This document shows, in pieces, positions 20,838 to 31,107 of a stretch of DNA of 64,000 bases (within the stretch, counting starts at the first letter, position 1; each line of letters starts with the position of its first letter). The stretch comes from an uncultured Phycisphaerales bacterium (lineage in GTDB: Bacteria > Planctomycetota > Phycisphaerae > Sedimentisphaerales > Anaerobacaceae). The position numbers and the translations under genes are program-made. The stretch lies in the NCBI GenBank assembly GCA_963718665.1, contig OY970359.1, forward strand, positions 416,001-480,000, given 5' to 3'. Under the pieces are notes generated by a model, which was not told the origin of the DNA, searched no databases, and saw only the letters and a program-made list of their open reading frames with translations.

Positions 20838-21500
20838 TTATTCCTCAAACGCGCATTTGCCGACGAGTTTGACAAACCGGACGTCGCACACCACCCGCTC
20901 AATAAGTTTGCCTTCTTTTTTTATCCCCACGATAAGCTCCTGCACACCGCCTTGGCCAACCGGCACGACAATCACCCCCCCCGCACCAAGCTGGTCAATC
21001 AATTGCTCCGGCACCTTCGGCACAGCAGCCGTAACGATAATCCTGTCAAACGTTCTTTTTTCATACCAGCCAGCACTGCCGTCTCCGACATAAAACTCAA
21101 CATTATTGATTCCCAGCCGGCCAATAATCGCCTGTGATTTCGCCGATAACTCTGCGAACCGTTCAATCGTATAAACCCGTTTCGTCAATTTCGCCAGAAC
21201 CGCCGTCTGATACCCGCTGCCAGTGCCTATCTCCAGCACCTCGCAAAAATTATTCAGCCGAAGCTCCTGCGTCATCAGCGCAACAATATACGGCTGCGAT
21301 ATCGTCTGCCCCATCCCAATCGGCAAAGGGTAATCCGCGTATGCCCGCGACTCATACGACTCAGGTATAAACTCCTCGCGCAATAGGCGCCCCATCACCG
21401 AAAGCACCCCCGCCTCGGTTATGCCCCGCCCCTTCAGGTCATGCTCGACCATCCGCTGACGTTCCCTGGCAAATTTACTGTTCTGCGGCCCTGTTATCAT
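20838..21500 (-). CDS. pcm: Protein-L-isoaspartate O-methyltransferase
   Basis: GQTISQPYIVA, LEIGTGSGYQTA, FDRIIVTAA; start codon uncertain. Confidence 0.95.
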   Translation of the reverse strand: MITGPQNSKFARERQRMVEHDLKGRGITEAGVLSVMGRLLREEFIPESYESRAYADYPLPIGMGQTISQPYIVALMTQELRLNNFCEVLEIGTGSGYQTAVLAKLTKRVYTIERFAELSAKSQAIIGRLGINNVEFYVGDGSAGWYEKRTFDRIIVTAAVPKVPEQLIDQLGAGGVIVVPVGQGGVQELIVGIKKEGKLIERVVCDVRFVKLVGKCAFEE

Positions 21501-21559
21501 ATCCCTAATAATCCCGTCAAAAACATAATTTTGCAACCCATTTCGCCGGCGTTCATCTG

Positions 21560-22291
21560 CTAAAACAACAGTTTTATCGCCGCCGCCAGCGCCAAAAGCT
21601 GTATCGTAATCTCAAATACTTTTTGAGGCATCTTTTTCAACGCCACTATCCCCAAAACCGCACCCGTTATAATAAAGGGCAGCATAACAAAACCAAGTTT
21701 TATTGATGCAGCGTTAATCAGCCCCAGGTGCACACTGAACGGCACCTTCATCCAGTTGACAATAAAGAAAAACCAGGCGCTGGTCCCCACAAACTCAACC
21801 TTTGGCAGTCGCATCGCCAGCAGATACACAATCATCACAGGCCCTGCGGCATTCGCCATCATCGTCGTCGCGCCAGCGAAAAATCCCATCACCTCCGCAA
21901 ACCACCACTGCGTCGGAACATCCTCACCTCTTCGATTGCGCCACCAGTTGACCGCCAGCATCGCCACCACGATTACGCCGATTATCGGCTTCAACTGCGC
22001 ATCGCTGATTACCTTCATCACAAAATATCCCGCGACGATACCAACAAGCGTCGCAGGAATCAGCCGGATAATATGACGCCACATCGCAGATTTGTGGTAA
22101 TAACTCGCCGCGAAAATGTCCCCCAGAACCAATATCCCCAGCACCATTCCCGTCGATTGCTTCGCCGGCATCACCATCGCCATCAGCGGCACAAACAGTA
22201 TTCCCATCCCCGGCAATCCCGTCTTGCTGATGCCGACCATCACCGCACACAACGCTACTACCACCCAGCCGAATAAATCCAGTCCCATCAT
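21560..22291 (-). CDS. TauE/SafE-family (TSUP) membrane transporter
   Basis: GISKTGLPG, TTMMANAAGP, about 8 TM helices. Confidence 0.85.
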   Translation of the reverse strand: MMGLDLFGWVVVALCAVMVGISKTGLPGMGILFVPLMAMVMPAKQSTGMVLGILVLGDIFAASYYHKSAMWRHIIRLIPATLVGIVAGYFVMKVISDAQLKPIIGVIVVAMLAVNWWRNRRGEDVPTQWWFAEVMGFFAGATTMMANAAGPVMIVYLLAMRLPKVEFVGTSAWFFFIVNWMKVPFSVHLGLINAASIKLGFVMLPFIITGAVLGIVALKKMPQKVFEITIQLLALAAAIKLLF

Positions 22292-22421
22292 TGCATAATC
22301 CTTTATTGCTACCGCCCAAGGAATCGTTACAATACCATAATTCCAAACGAATTTAATATAGCTAACCGTTAAAAACTTAACTTTAGTAACGCTTGGTTTC
22401 TTTGAAAAAGGTGATTACTCA

Positions 22422-24023
22422 ATGCTCCAATCGGACTTCAGACGTTATCTCGTTGATATTGACTCCGTTACCACGCACCAGCAATCGACCGACTATCTTG
22501 TAATTGGCGCAGGCGTCGGGGGCCTTCGCGCGGCAATCGAGGCCTCGCAGCACGGCTCTGTAACCGTCGTCACAAAAGGCACCGTCGAAGACAGCAATAC
22601 CTGGCACGCCCAGGGAGGTATCGCTTCGGTCCTCGAAAAAACCGATAAATTCGAATCGCACATCGCCGATACTCTGCGCACAGGCGGCGGACTCAGCAAT
22701 GAAAAAACCGTTGACCTCGTCGTCCGCCAGGGACCTGGGCTTATCAGGCAATTGCTCGACTGGGGCTGCGCTTTCGATATGGTTAATGGCAATATCACCA
22801 CTACAATCGAAGGAGGTCACAGCCACCCGCGCATCGCACACGCCCACGGTGACGAAACAGGCAGAATCATCGCCCAGACCCTCATCGCAAAAGCAAGACA
22901 ACAGCGAAATATCACTATCATCGAAAATTTCTTCTCAATAGACCTGCTGACCGACAATCACAAATGCCTCGGCGTCATCGGCTGGCACAGGGAAAAAGGC
23001 GCACGCATAATCTGGGCGCTCAACACAATCCTCGCCACGGGCGGCGCGGGCCAGCTCTACCGCGAAACCACAAACCCCTCCTGCGCGACAGCCGACGGCC
23101 TCGCTATGGCATATCGTGCCGGCGCAGTCCTCCAGGATTTGGAATTTGTCCAGTTCCACCCGACAACGCTCTATATCGCAGGCGCATCACGAGCGCTCAT
23201 TACCGAAACCCTACGCGGCGAAGGAGCCGTCCTGCGAGATACCAAAGGCCGGGCCTTTATGAAGGACTACAACCCCGCCGCTGAACTCGCACCCCGTGAT
23301 GTCGTCAGCAGGGCCATCCTCACACAAATGCTCAAAACCAAAACCACCCACGTCTATCTCGATATCCGCCACTTCGATAAACAGCATTTCACCAAAAGAT
23401 TCCCCGTCATAAGCGAACTCTGCGACAGCTTCGATATCGATATCAGCAAAGACCTCATTCCCGTCCGCCCCAGCGCACACTATATGGTCGGCGGCGTCAA
23501 AACCGACATCGCCGCGAAAACAAATATCGAAAACCTCTACGCCTGCGGTGAAGTTACCTCAACGGGCCTCCACGGTGCTAACCGCCTCGGCAGCAACTCC
23601 CTCCTCGAAGGCCTCGTCTTCGGCAGAATTGCGGGCCAGACATCACTCGCTCCAAAATCCGCCGGCTTCGGCCAGTCGATTATCAAATACCAAATCCCGC
23701 ACTCCGAACTTCGTCATCTCGATACTTCCGACGTCAGAAACTCCCTCCGGGCGATTATGTGGCGAAACGTCGGCATCACAAGAAAATCCCCCGAAATGAG
23801 ACAGGCCATCGACCAGATTCGCTTCTGGCAGCGATATGTTATGGATAAGGCCTTCGATAACTCTCAGGGCTGGGAGCTTCAGAATATGCTCACCGTCTGT
23901 CTCCTTATTACCCAATCCGCCCTGGCACGAAAAGAAAGCCGTGGCGTCCACTTCCGAAGCGATTTCCCGGACACCGACGACCAGAATTTCAAAAAACACT
24001 CCGAAATTAAAAGGGCGGAATAA
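22422..24023 (+). CDS. nadB: L-aspartate oxidase
   Basis: GAGVGG FAD motif, AQGGIA, EGGHS, QFHPT, TGLHGANRLGSNSLLE, ESRGVHFR. Confidence 0.95.
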   Translation: MLQSDFRRYLVDIDSVTTHQQSTDYLVIGAGVGGLRAAIEASQHGSVTVVTKGTVEDSNTWHAQGGIASVLEKTDKFESHIADTLRTGGGLSNEKTVDLVVRQGPGLIRQLLDWGCAFDMVNGNITTTIEGGHSHPRIAHAHGDETGRIIAQTLIAKARQQRNITIIENFFSIDLLTDNHKCLGVIGWHREKGARIIWALNTILATGGAGQLYRETTNPSCATADGLAMAYRAGAVLQDLEFVQFHPTTLYIAGASRALITETLRGEGAVLRDTKGRAFMKDYNPAAELAPRDVVSRAILTQMLKTKTTHVYLDIRHFDKQHFTKRFPVISELCDSFDIDISKDLIPVRPSAHYMVGGVKTDIAAKTNIENLYACGEVTSTGLHGANRLGSNSLLEGLVFGRIAGQTSLAPKSAGFGQSIIKYQIPHSELRHLDTSDVRNSLRAIMWRNVGITRKSPEMRQAIDQIRFWQRYVMDKAFDNSQGWELQNMLTVCLLITQSALARKESRGVHFRSDFPDTDDQNFKKHSEIKRAE

Positions 24024-24098
24024 TCGCCTTTTTGGTATAATATCTCCCGCTGCACCGAACAAAATAATCAACCGTCAATAGCGCATTGAAAATCAAAA

Positions 24099-24461
24099 GA
24101 GCGGGTTGGGCAGCCGCTGGCTCTTCGGGGCCGGAGGAAAGTCCGAGCAGGACAGGGCACGGTGATGGCTAACAGCCACCTCCTCACTGCTTGCGAAAGC
24201 AAGAAGCGGGAACGGGATAGTGCCACAGAAAATACACAGCCGACGTCCCGAGCAATCGGGGCAGGCAATGGTGAAATGGTGCGGTAAGAGCGCACCGCGG
24301 AGTTGGCGACAATTCCGGCAGGGCAAACCCCACCGCCTGAAAGACCAAGCAGCCGGTGCTCGGCCCGGGCATTACCGGCGGGTAGGTCGCTTGAGCCAAC
24401 TGGTAACGGTTGGCCTAGATAAATGGTTGTCCAAGACAAAACTCGGCTTACAGACCCGCTC
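24099..24461 (+). ncRNA. rnpB: RNase P RNA (type A)
   Basis: GAGGAAAGTCC, AGTGCCACAGAAA, GGTAAGAGCGCACC, GGCAAACCCC, ACAAAACTCGGCTTA; P1 GAGCGGGT/ACCCGCTC. Confidence 0.97.
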
Positions 24462-24509
24462 TTTTGATTTTCCTTCTCGACGCAGGCCCGCAAACTTCAA
24501 AAAATCGCC

Positions 24510-25259
24510 TTAATTATCCATCGCGTCCAGTCCCTCTAAACTGAGCTTCCCGCTCTTGCCGAAAGACCCAAGACGCATCTTGACCGTCACTATGTCATTA
24601 TCGATAACCATCCGCAGCCGGCCCTTGTCTAAGTTGATATGGTCGAACTCCACGCCGTTCGGCTCGCTAAGACGAACAGCAAGCGCCGGCGAAGCGTCTA
24701 ATTTGGTCAGAAGCGATTCCATCCCCTGACCCGCCATCATTCCGCTCACGTTCAGCGTCGCGTTGTCCGTCCCAATTTCACTTGTGTCCTTGCGGGTATC
24801 CGCATCAACTTTCTTTAATATCGCGATGCGCCTCGCGTTTTCATCCGCGTATGGCTCATCAAGAATTTCTTTCGACAAAACCATCTGGCAGCCGAAATCC
24901 ACTCCTTCCCACGGCTCAACGAACAACTGCTTCGGCCTCTCATGCGAAATAAAATAGTATTTCCGCTTCGCTATAAGCTCGCTCTCGTCGAACGACACCA
25001 TATTAAACCACATCTTATGGCCCTGTTTAGTAGTCCCCGCAAGGGCCGCTATGCTTTTGCTCTGGCTCAACAGCGTATCCTTGGGCGTCCCGAACCGCGA
25101 AAGCACGTCAGCACTCGTGCTCCGTTTAAGAGTCGTCTGCTGATACTGCGCATATATCTGCTTGTTTGTCAGCGGTCCTTCTGGTGTAACCAAAACTACC
25201 GCCTCACAACCCGCTGCCAGACAACACATCACCATAAACAACGCTTTCATCGTTTTCAT
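24510..25259 (-). CDS. Hypothetical lipoprotein
   Basis: Short signal peptide with lipobox LAAGC. Confidence 0.7.
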   Translation of the reverse strand: MKTMKALFMVMCCLAAGCEAVVLVTPEGPLTNKQIYAQYQQTTLKRSTSADVLSRFGTPKDTLLSQSKSIAALAGTTKQGHKMWFNMVSFDESELIAKRKYYFISHERPKQLFVEPWEGVDFGCQMVLSKEILDEPYADENARRIAILKKVDADTRKDTSEIGTDNATLNVSGMMAGQGMESLLTKLDASPALAVRLSEPNGVEFDHINLDKGRLRMVIDNDIVTVKMRLGSFGKSGKLSLEGLDAMDN

Positions 25260-25336
25260 AGCATCACCATTTTAACAGAGTTATTTTTATCTCTGCGGTC
25301 TCCGCGTTGCTCGGCGGTTAAAAATTCGTTAGCCGT

Positions 25337-26353
25337 TTAACGAGGTTTCACGCCTTCCTTTACGTCAATCCACTTCATCATCTTACGCAATTTACGTCCG
25401 ACATTTTCGAGCTTGCTGTTGTAATCCTTCGCATAGAGCTTGTTGAACTTCTTCAGCCCCGTCGCGTTTTCCTTCATCCATTCTTTTGCGAACTTGCCGC
25501 TGGTGATTTCCTTGAGGATTTTCTTCATCTCCGCCCGTGTCTTGGACGGGATGATTCTCGGCCCGCGAGTAAGGTCGCCGTATTCCGCCGTATCCGAAAT
25601 ACTATACCGCATATAGCTCAGCCCGCCTTGGTACATCAAATCAACGATGAGCTTCACCTCGTGCATACACTCAAAATACGCAATCTCCGGCTGATAACCC
25701 GCTTCCACAAGCGTATTGAACCCCGCCTTTATCAGTGCTGACAGGCCGCCGCAAAGCACGCACTGCTCCCCGAACAGGTCCGTCTCGGTCTCTTCCTTGA
25801 ACGTCGTCTTGATAATGCCCGCTCTCGCTCCGCCTATGCCGTTGCCCCAGGCAAGCGCAATCTTCAGAGCACCGCCCGTCGCGTCCTTCTCTACCGCCAC
25901 GATACAAGGCACGCCGCCGCCCTTCTGGTATTCGCTTCTGACCAAATGCCCCGGCCCTTTCGGCGCAATCATCACTACGTTATTGCCCTTTGGCGGAACA
26001 ATGTATTTGAAATGAATATTGAACCCGTGACAGAAACCAAGTGTCTGCCCCGGCACAAGATTCGGCTTAATATACTTCTCGTAAAGCTTCCCCTGCACAA
26101 CATCCGGCAGCGTAATGATAATCAGCGAAGCGCCTTTCATTGCCGTCTTGATATCAGTCGGCTTAAATCCGTGCTCTAACGCTATCTTGTAATTCGGCGT
26201 CCCCGGTAACTCCGCAACCGACACCTCGATGCCGCTGTCCCGCAGGTTCAAACTGTGAGCATGACCCTGACTGCCGTAACCGATCGTCGCAACCTTTTTG
26301 CCCTTCAACGGAGCAAGCGACGCGTCCTTCTCATAAAACATCTTCAACGCCAT
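25337..26353 (-). CDS. ilvC: Ketol-acid reductoisomerase
   Basis: [43 protein letters not shown]. Confidence 0.98.
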   Translation of the reverse strand: MALKMFYEKDASLAPLKGKKVATIGYGSQGHAHSLNLRDSGIEVSVAELPGTPNYKIALEHGFKPTDIKTAMKGASLIIITLPDVVQGKLYEKYIKPNLVPGQTLGFCHGFNIHFKYIVPPKGNNVVMIAPKGPGHLVRSEYQKGGGVPCIVAVEKDATGGALKIALAWGNGIGGARAGIIKTTFKEETETDLFGEQCVLCGGLSALIKAGFNTLVEAGYQPEIAYFECMHEVKLIVDLMYQGGLSYMRYSISDTAEYGDLTRGPRIIPSKTRAEMKKILKEITSGKFAKEWMKENATGLKKFNKLYAKDYNSKLENVGRKLRKMMKWIDVKEGVKPR

Positions 26354-26388
26354 TGTTTTATTCTCCTTATTTTAATTTGCTTAAATTA

Positions 26389-26468
26389 CCCCCGCGGCTT
26401 CGCTTTTGCTCGCCTCTGCGTCTCTCGAGGTAAGTCGAGGCAGCAGGCGAAGCAAAACGGCGGGGGCG
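26389..26468. repeat. Nested palindrome upstream of ilvC
   Basis: CCCCGC..TTTTGCT-CGCCT...AGGCG-AAGCAAAA..GCGGGG. Confidence 0.55.
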
Positions 26469-26787
26469 ATATTTGCCTTACTTCATGGTTTTTCGCACGC
26501 TCACCGACCGGCCAGCCCGACGCTTGCGGTTTATCATCTTCCTGCCTTTACTCGTCCGCATCCGCACTAAAAATCCGCTCTTGCACTCCTCTTAATCTTA
26601 CTCTTGCGATGATTTTCCACGCCTTGTCTCCTTCATTCCTTTAGTATTTAGCCCTGGGTTTCACCCAGGGTTTCGGTTACTTTCAATCATCGTGGAATTA
26701 TACACCAATCCCCTTTAAATGAAAAGGCAATCCTTCCAAAAACTGATACCCCAACGACGTTTACTTGCCGCCCCTGCAATCTGCGTT

Positions 26788-27231
26788 TCAATGCCCCTCA
26801 ACGTATTCTATTCTGTTTTTCAATGACTTTTCATCGAAACAGAACTTCGTATTATATCCATTTGTCCACACCCTCCCCTTAAACCCGTTTTTCTGCAGCG
26901 CGACTCGCCCCGCGTTCTTGTAATAACCCACAATAACCCCTATTGGAACATCAACATACTCACACACGATATGAACGTGATTCGAGAACACCCTTGCCGC
27001 GAGAATCTTTTGCTTGAATCTCTTCGCCGCTTCCGTAATCGCCTCCCTTACAATCTCTTTGTCTTTCCGCCCCAATCGCTCCGGCTCATGCTCCAATTTC
27101 TTTTCGCAATCTTTTTTAATTGCGATGTTCTCTCCGCGAACCTCTCCATCTTTGACGTATCCCTTTTTCTCCCCCTGTAACCACGTCCCGTATATCGTCC
27201 ACGTCACCATATATCCGATTGTCTTCGCCAT
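26788..27231 (-). mobile_element. Y1 HUH transposase, REP-associated (RAYT/TnpA-REP, IS200-like)
   Basis: YMVTWTIYGTWL N-terminus, NHVH HUH motif, VWTNGY, C-terminal EYV tyrosine; flanked by palindromes. Confidence 0.85.
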
Positions 27232-27249
27232 ACGCAGATTTTATCCCAA

Positions 27250-27503
27250 TACCACTGGCTTTGCCAGTGGCGTATATAGCCCCCGGCTATGCCGGGGGGT
27301 GCAAACGCGAGGTCCGCTTTTACCCCACTATCTCACCGGGGTTTGCCCAATGAACGTCCGCTTCGGGCGTTTGTATATAGCCCCGGTCTCCGGCCGGGGT
27401 TGCAATCGCGAGGAATGCTTAACCCTTTATCCGCCGTAGGCGAATTGCTTATGTGAGGTCAACTTAAACCCTTTTTGAACGCCCGCTTCGGGCGTTTGTA
27501 TAG
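27250..27503. repeat. REP/BIME-like cluster: TA(G/C)-footed 8-bp-stem palindromes in tandem composite units
   Basis: Stems at 27252-27270, 27280-27298, 27381-27399; TGAACGYCCGCTTCGGGCGTTTGTATA at 27351 and 27476; a related palindrome at 26652-26670 on the other side of the transposase. Confidence 0.8.
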
Positions 27504-27524
27504 CAAGGAACCTGCCATATAGTA

Positions 27525-27935
27525 TTAATAAAACGTAATTTCTAATCCAAGCCCCAAACTGCCCGCCAATTGAATAAATTCCGGCGGGAAGTAATACCAT
27601 TTAACGGGAAACTCGTCACGGTCCTCGCGAGCAACGCCAAAATCCAAGGTTACATCTTCAACACCCGGATAAGCCAGAAGAGTAGATATTTGTTCTGAAT
27701 TTTCTTTATCTTCCAGAAAAACTACTGCGTCCTGAATCTGCTGTTTTAAATCTTCGAATCTAGCGTCACTGACACAAATATTAAATCCGGAATGATCTAT
27801 CTTAGGACCATCTGGTTTATTTTTATACCTTGGCTCTCCCAGGCGATGAAGACCGGATACTTGGCAGGGATGCTCCTTAAGATAAGCATCTACATTCAAC
27901 TTTTTACCGCCTACTCTAAGATAACATGACGACAT
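27525..27935 (-). CDS. Hypothetical protein on an AT-rich insert
   Basis: 136-aa ORF from MSSCYLRV; AT-richer than its flanks. Confidence 0.7.
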   Translation of the reverse strand: MSSCYLRVGGKKLNVDAYLKEHPCQVSGLHRLGEPRYKNKPDGPKIDHSGFNICVSDARFEDLKQQIQDAVVFLEDKENSEQISTLLAYPGVEDVTLDFGVAREDRDEFPVKWYYFPPEFIQLAGSLGLGLEITFY

Positions 27936-27964
27936 TGATAACCTCACAAAGCATCTTCCGCCCG

Positions 27965-28002
27965 GCAAAGTTGACAGGCAAAGGTGTTATTCTCTTCCGG
28001 CC
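27965..28002 (-). promoter_or_regulatory. 38-bp conserved site, copy 1
   Basis: 34/38 identical to 36983..37020. Confidence 0.75.
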
Positions 28003-28012
28003 ATAAGTTGGC

Positions 28013-28042
28013 AGTATACCGCTAAACTGGTCAGAAAAGCAA
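28013..28042 (-). promoter_or_regulatory. sigma70-like promoter
   Basis: TTGCTT-18-TATACT. Confidence 0.5.
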
Positions 28043-28209
28043 GAGTTTTAAGAATCCGCATCCCAAAATTTTACCCGCCCGCCATAAGGCGTCACTTGCG
28101 GGAGTAGTTTTAACGCAGGCGGGCCGCAATCCCAAATAAAAAATATGTTCAAGTGATTCGTTTTAGTGCTTTGAATTTGTTTCGGATTTAGGGTTTAGGA
28201 TTTCGGGTT

Positions 28210-28722
28210 TTAAGTGTCTGCCTCTTCGGTCGAACCACTAACCGTCTTTTCCTGTCTCGGCATCGCTATCGTCCCCGTCCGCGCGACGTTCTTTATCCCG
28301 TATGGCCGGCACATCTCGATAAACGCCTCGATTTTCTCCTCAGGCCCGCTTATCTCCACCATTATCGTCTTCTGTCCAATATCAACAACGTTGCCCTTGA
28401 AGGTCTCTATCAACGCCAGTATCTCAGGCCTCTTTTCCGCAGGCGCAGCGAAAGTTATCAGCATCAAATCTCTCGCGACCACCGTCTGGCCCGCAAAATC
28501 CTGGACCTTCACAACGGGTATTATCTTGGCAAGCTGTTTACGGACCTGCTCAAGCACCCTGTCATCGCCAATCACGACAATCGTCATCCGGCTAAGTTGC
28601 GGGTCCTCCGTCCGCCCGACGACTAACGAATCGATATTGAACGCCCTCGCCGCGAACATCCCCGAAACATGTGCCAAAACTCCCGGCTTATTCTCAACCA
28701 ACGCGCTTATTATATGTTTCAT
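28210..28722 (-). CDS. ilvN: Acetolactate synthase small (regulatory) subunit
   Basis: LVENKPGVLA, FNIDSL, SRMTI, VARTG. Confidence 0.96.
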   Translation of the reverse strand: MKHIISALVENKPGVLAHVSGMFAARAFNIDSLVVGRTEDPQLSRMTIVVIGDDRVLEQVRKQLAKIIPVVKVQDFAGQTVVARDLMLITFAAPAEKRPEILALIETFKGNVVDIGQKTIMVEISGPEEKIEAFIEMCRPYGIKNVARTGTIAMPRQEKTVSGSTEEADT

Positions 28723-28801
28723 AGGTCTTACCTTCCTGTCCCGGCATGCCTTTGGCCGGGATCCAGTTTTTACTTTTTACATTTTGATTTTTGATTTTCT
28801 T

Positions 28802-30535
28802 CTATGCCATACTTTCCAACATGTCTAATCCGTCCATCTCGTGCAGGGACTTACCCGACGGAACCATAGGCCAGACGTTTTCTTCCGGCTCAACCCTGAA
28901 ATCCACAACGCAGGGCATCTTCTCGCCTAACATCTTCTTTATCGCCTTCGGCACATCCGCCTTTTTCTCAACCGTTATCCCGACCGCGCCCAGCGCCTCA
29001 GCCACTTTCGAGTAATCCGGGTTCGCAAGATAACTCTTCGAATAACGCTTGTTATAGAATAGCTCCTGCCACTGCCTCACCATTCCCATATACCCGTTAT
29101 TCAAAATGCAGACCTTTATCGGCAGCTCATATTGGACCGCCGTCCTCAGCTCCGTCAGCGTCATATTGAAGCTGTGGTCCCCGTCAATATCGACAACGGT
29201 CGCCTCCGGCATCGCTATCTGCGCCCCTATCGCCGCGGGCAACCCATAGCCCATAGTTCCCAGACCGCCTGAAGTAATAAACTGTCTCGGCCTCTTGAAC
29301 CGGTAGAACTGCGCCGTCCACATTTGGTTTTGTCCGACGCCTGTCGTAACTATCGCGTCGCCGCCCGTCAATTCGCAAATCTGCTCAATCACATATTGCG
29401 GCTTTATATTCGTCGCCTTCCTGTCGTATCCCAGCGGATATTTCTTTTTCCACTGCGCAATCTTGGTGAACCAATCCTTGCGCTCGCGGTGCTCAACCAT
29501 CTTAGTCATCTCACCCAATATATATTTCGCGTCGCCCACAACCGGAATGTCCGCCCGAACGTTCTTCGCTATGCTCGCCGGGTCAATATCTATATGTATC
29601 ACCTTCGCGTGCGGCGCAAACGCCTTGACCTTGCCCGTCACCCTGTCATCGAACCGCGCGCCCACCGCTATCAGCAAATCGCACTCCTGCACCGCGTAAT
29701 TCGCAAATGCGGTTCCATGCATTCCGAGCATATCAAGCGATTCAGCGTTGTTCTGGTCATAACTTCCCAGCCCCAATAGCGTCATCGTAACCGGCAGATG
29801 CGCCTTATTCGCAAGGGCGCGCAGCTCCTCGCCCGCGTTGGCGCTGATAATCCCGCCGCCGACGTAAAGCACCGGCTTCTCCGATTTGTTTATCGCCTCG
29901 GCTGCCATTTCTATCTGCCGATGATGCCCCTTTATCTTCGGCTTATACCCCGGCAGTCGCATCTCGACGGCGGCGTCATATTCCGTCTTGGCGACCTGAA
30001 CATCGACCGGCAAATCAACCACCACCGGCCCAGGCCTGCCCGTCGAGGCGATAAAGAACGCCTCCTTAATCACCCGCGCCAGGTCCCTTACATCCTTGAC
30101 TATGCAATTATATTTTGTAACAGGCCGCGTGATACCCGTCGTATCCGCCTCCTGAAAAGCGTCATTGCCGATTAGCTCCGTCCGAACCTGCCCCGTTATG
30201 GCGACAAGCGGAATCGAATCCATCATCGCCGTGCCAAGCCCCGTAACAAGATTGCACGCCCCCGGCCCGCTCGTCGCGACTATCACGCCGACCTTACCGC
30301 TCGCCCGCGCATATCCGTCCGCCATATGTGCCCCGCCCTGCTCATGTCGCGGAATTATAAATCGAATCGGCGCATCATACAGCTTATCAAACAGGGGCAA
30401 TACCACTCCACCAGGGTAGCCGAACATTGTTTCAACGCCCGCGTCAATTAGTGCCTGGACGGCTATCTCAGCGCCTGACCTTTGAATTGAGGATTTTCCA
30501 GCCGAATCGGCTGACTGTGAAGAATCGGACTTCAT
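28802..30535 (-). CDS. ilvB: Acetolactate synthase large subunit
   Basis: FGYPGG, RHEQG, TSGPGA, GARFDDRVTG, TSGGLGTMG, LGMVRQWQ-like motif; AGGAG upstream of the ATG at 30535. Confidence 0.97.
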   Translation of the reverse strand: MKSDSSQSADSAGKSSIQRSGAEIAVQALIDAGVETMFGYPGGVVLPLFDKLYDAPIRFIIPRHEQGGAHMADGYARASGKVGVIVATSGPGACNLVTGLGTAMMDSIPLVAITGQVRTELIGNDAFQEADTTGITRPVTKYNCIVKDVRDLARVIKEAFFIASTGRPGPVVVDLPVDVQVAKTEYDAAVEMRLPGYKPKIKGHHRQIEMAAEAINKSEKPVLYVGGGIISANAGEELRALANKAHLPVTMTLLGLGSYDQNNAESLDMLGMHGTAFANYAVQECDLLIAVGARFDDRVTGKVKAFAPHAKVIHIDIDPASIAKNVRADIPVVGDAKYILGEMTKMVEHRERKDWFTKIAQWKKKYPLGYDRKATNIKPQYVIEQICELTGGDAIVTTGVGQNQMWTAQFYRFKRPRQFITSGGLGTMGYGLPAAIGAQIAMPEATVVDIDGDHSFNMTLTELRTAVQYELPIKVCILNNGYMGMVRQWQELFYNKRYSKSYLANPDYSKVAEALGAVGITVEKKADVPKAIKKMLGEKMPCVVDFRVEPEENVWPMVPSGKSLHEMDGLDMLESMA

Positions 30536-30633
30536 TACATACTCCTTTCGCAGCATATCCCGGAAATTACAGCTTTTCGGGCCTCTTTTGTCAGGCCTGT
30601 CGTTACCACCACAGCAACGACCTGCCCATACAA
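30535..30633 (-). CDS. Putative Val-rich leader peptide (MYGQVVAVVVTTGL...)
   Basis: TTG start, 5 Val in 6 codons, stop overlaps the ilvB ATG (TAATG). Confidence 0.4.
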   Translation of the reverse strand: MYGQVVAVVVTTGLTKEARKAVISGICCERSM

Positions 30634-30670
30634 AGTTTATAGCCCTGCTATAATCCCGTAATTCTGCTCA

Positions 30671-30699
30671 ATTATAGTATTTACGCACTACCCTGTCAA
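30671..30699 (-). promoter_or_regulatory. Consensus sigma70 promoter of the ilv operon
   Basis: TTGACA-17-TATAAT, exact consensus. Confidence 0.85.
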
Positions 30700-30838
30700 T
30701 TGTTTTCGGCAATTTTTCGCACCACTATCACAAATTATCCACCCTGCCGCCTTCGAAATTCGTATAAAATTATGTGTGCAGAACAATAAATAGAGCTATA
30801 ATAACACCCCTCCTTTAATAAAAATTTGGAGACCAACT

Positions 30839-31107
30839 ATGTGCGAACAATGCGGTTGCAACCACGATAAAACACAGGATGCCTTCGAGACGAAGGTCAA
30901 AGCGATAATCGAAGCCATCAGGCCGAATTTGCAAAGCCACGGCGGTGACGTCGAACTCGTCGCCACCGAAAAGGGCTCTACAGTCAAGGTCCGCCTTCAG
31001 GGCGAATGTTCCGGCTGCCCGGCGCAAGAATGACCCTCAAAATGGGAATCGAACGACTCCTCAAAGAAAAAGTCCCACAGGTCAAAGAAGTCATAGCGGT
31101 TGACTAA
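30839..31107 (+). CDS. NifU/NfuA C-terminal-type Fe-S protein, frameshifted near 31020
   Basis: IRPNLQSHGGDVEL, GECSGCP; continues MTLKMGIERLLKEKVPQVKEV in the -1 frame. Confidence 0.88.

Noticed and set aside
24068..24513. ORFs overlapping rnpB
   Set aside because: Shadow frames over a clear RNase P RNA.
27965..28002. c-di-GMP-I riboswitch (GGCAAA ... CCGGCC-TAA)
   Set aside because: The resemblance is on the strand opposite the adjacent genes, and the GNRA tetraloop/receptor stem is missing.
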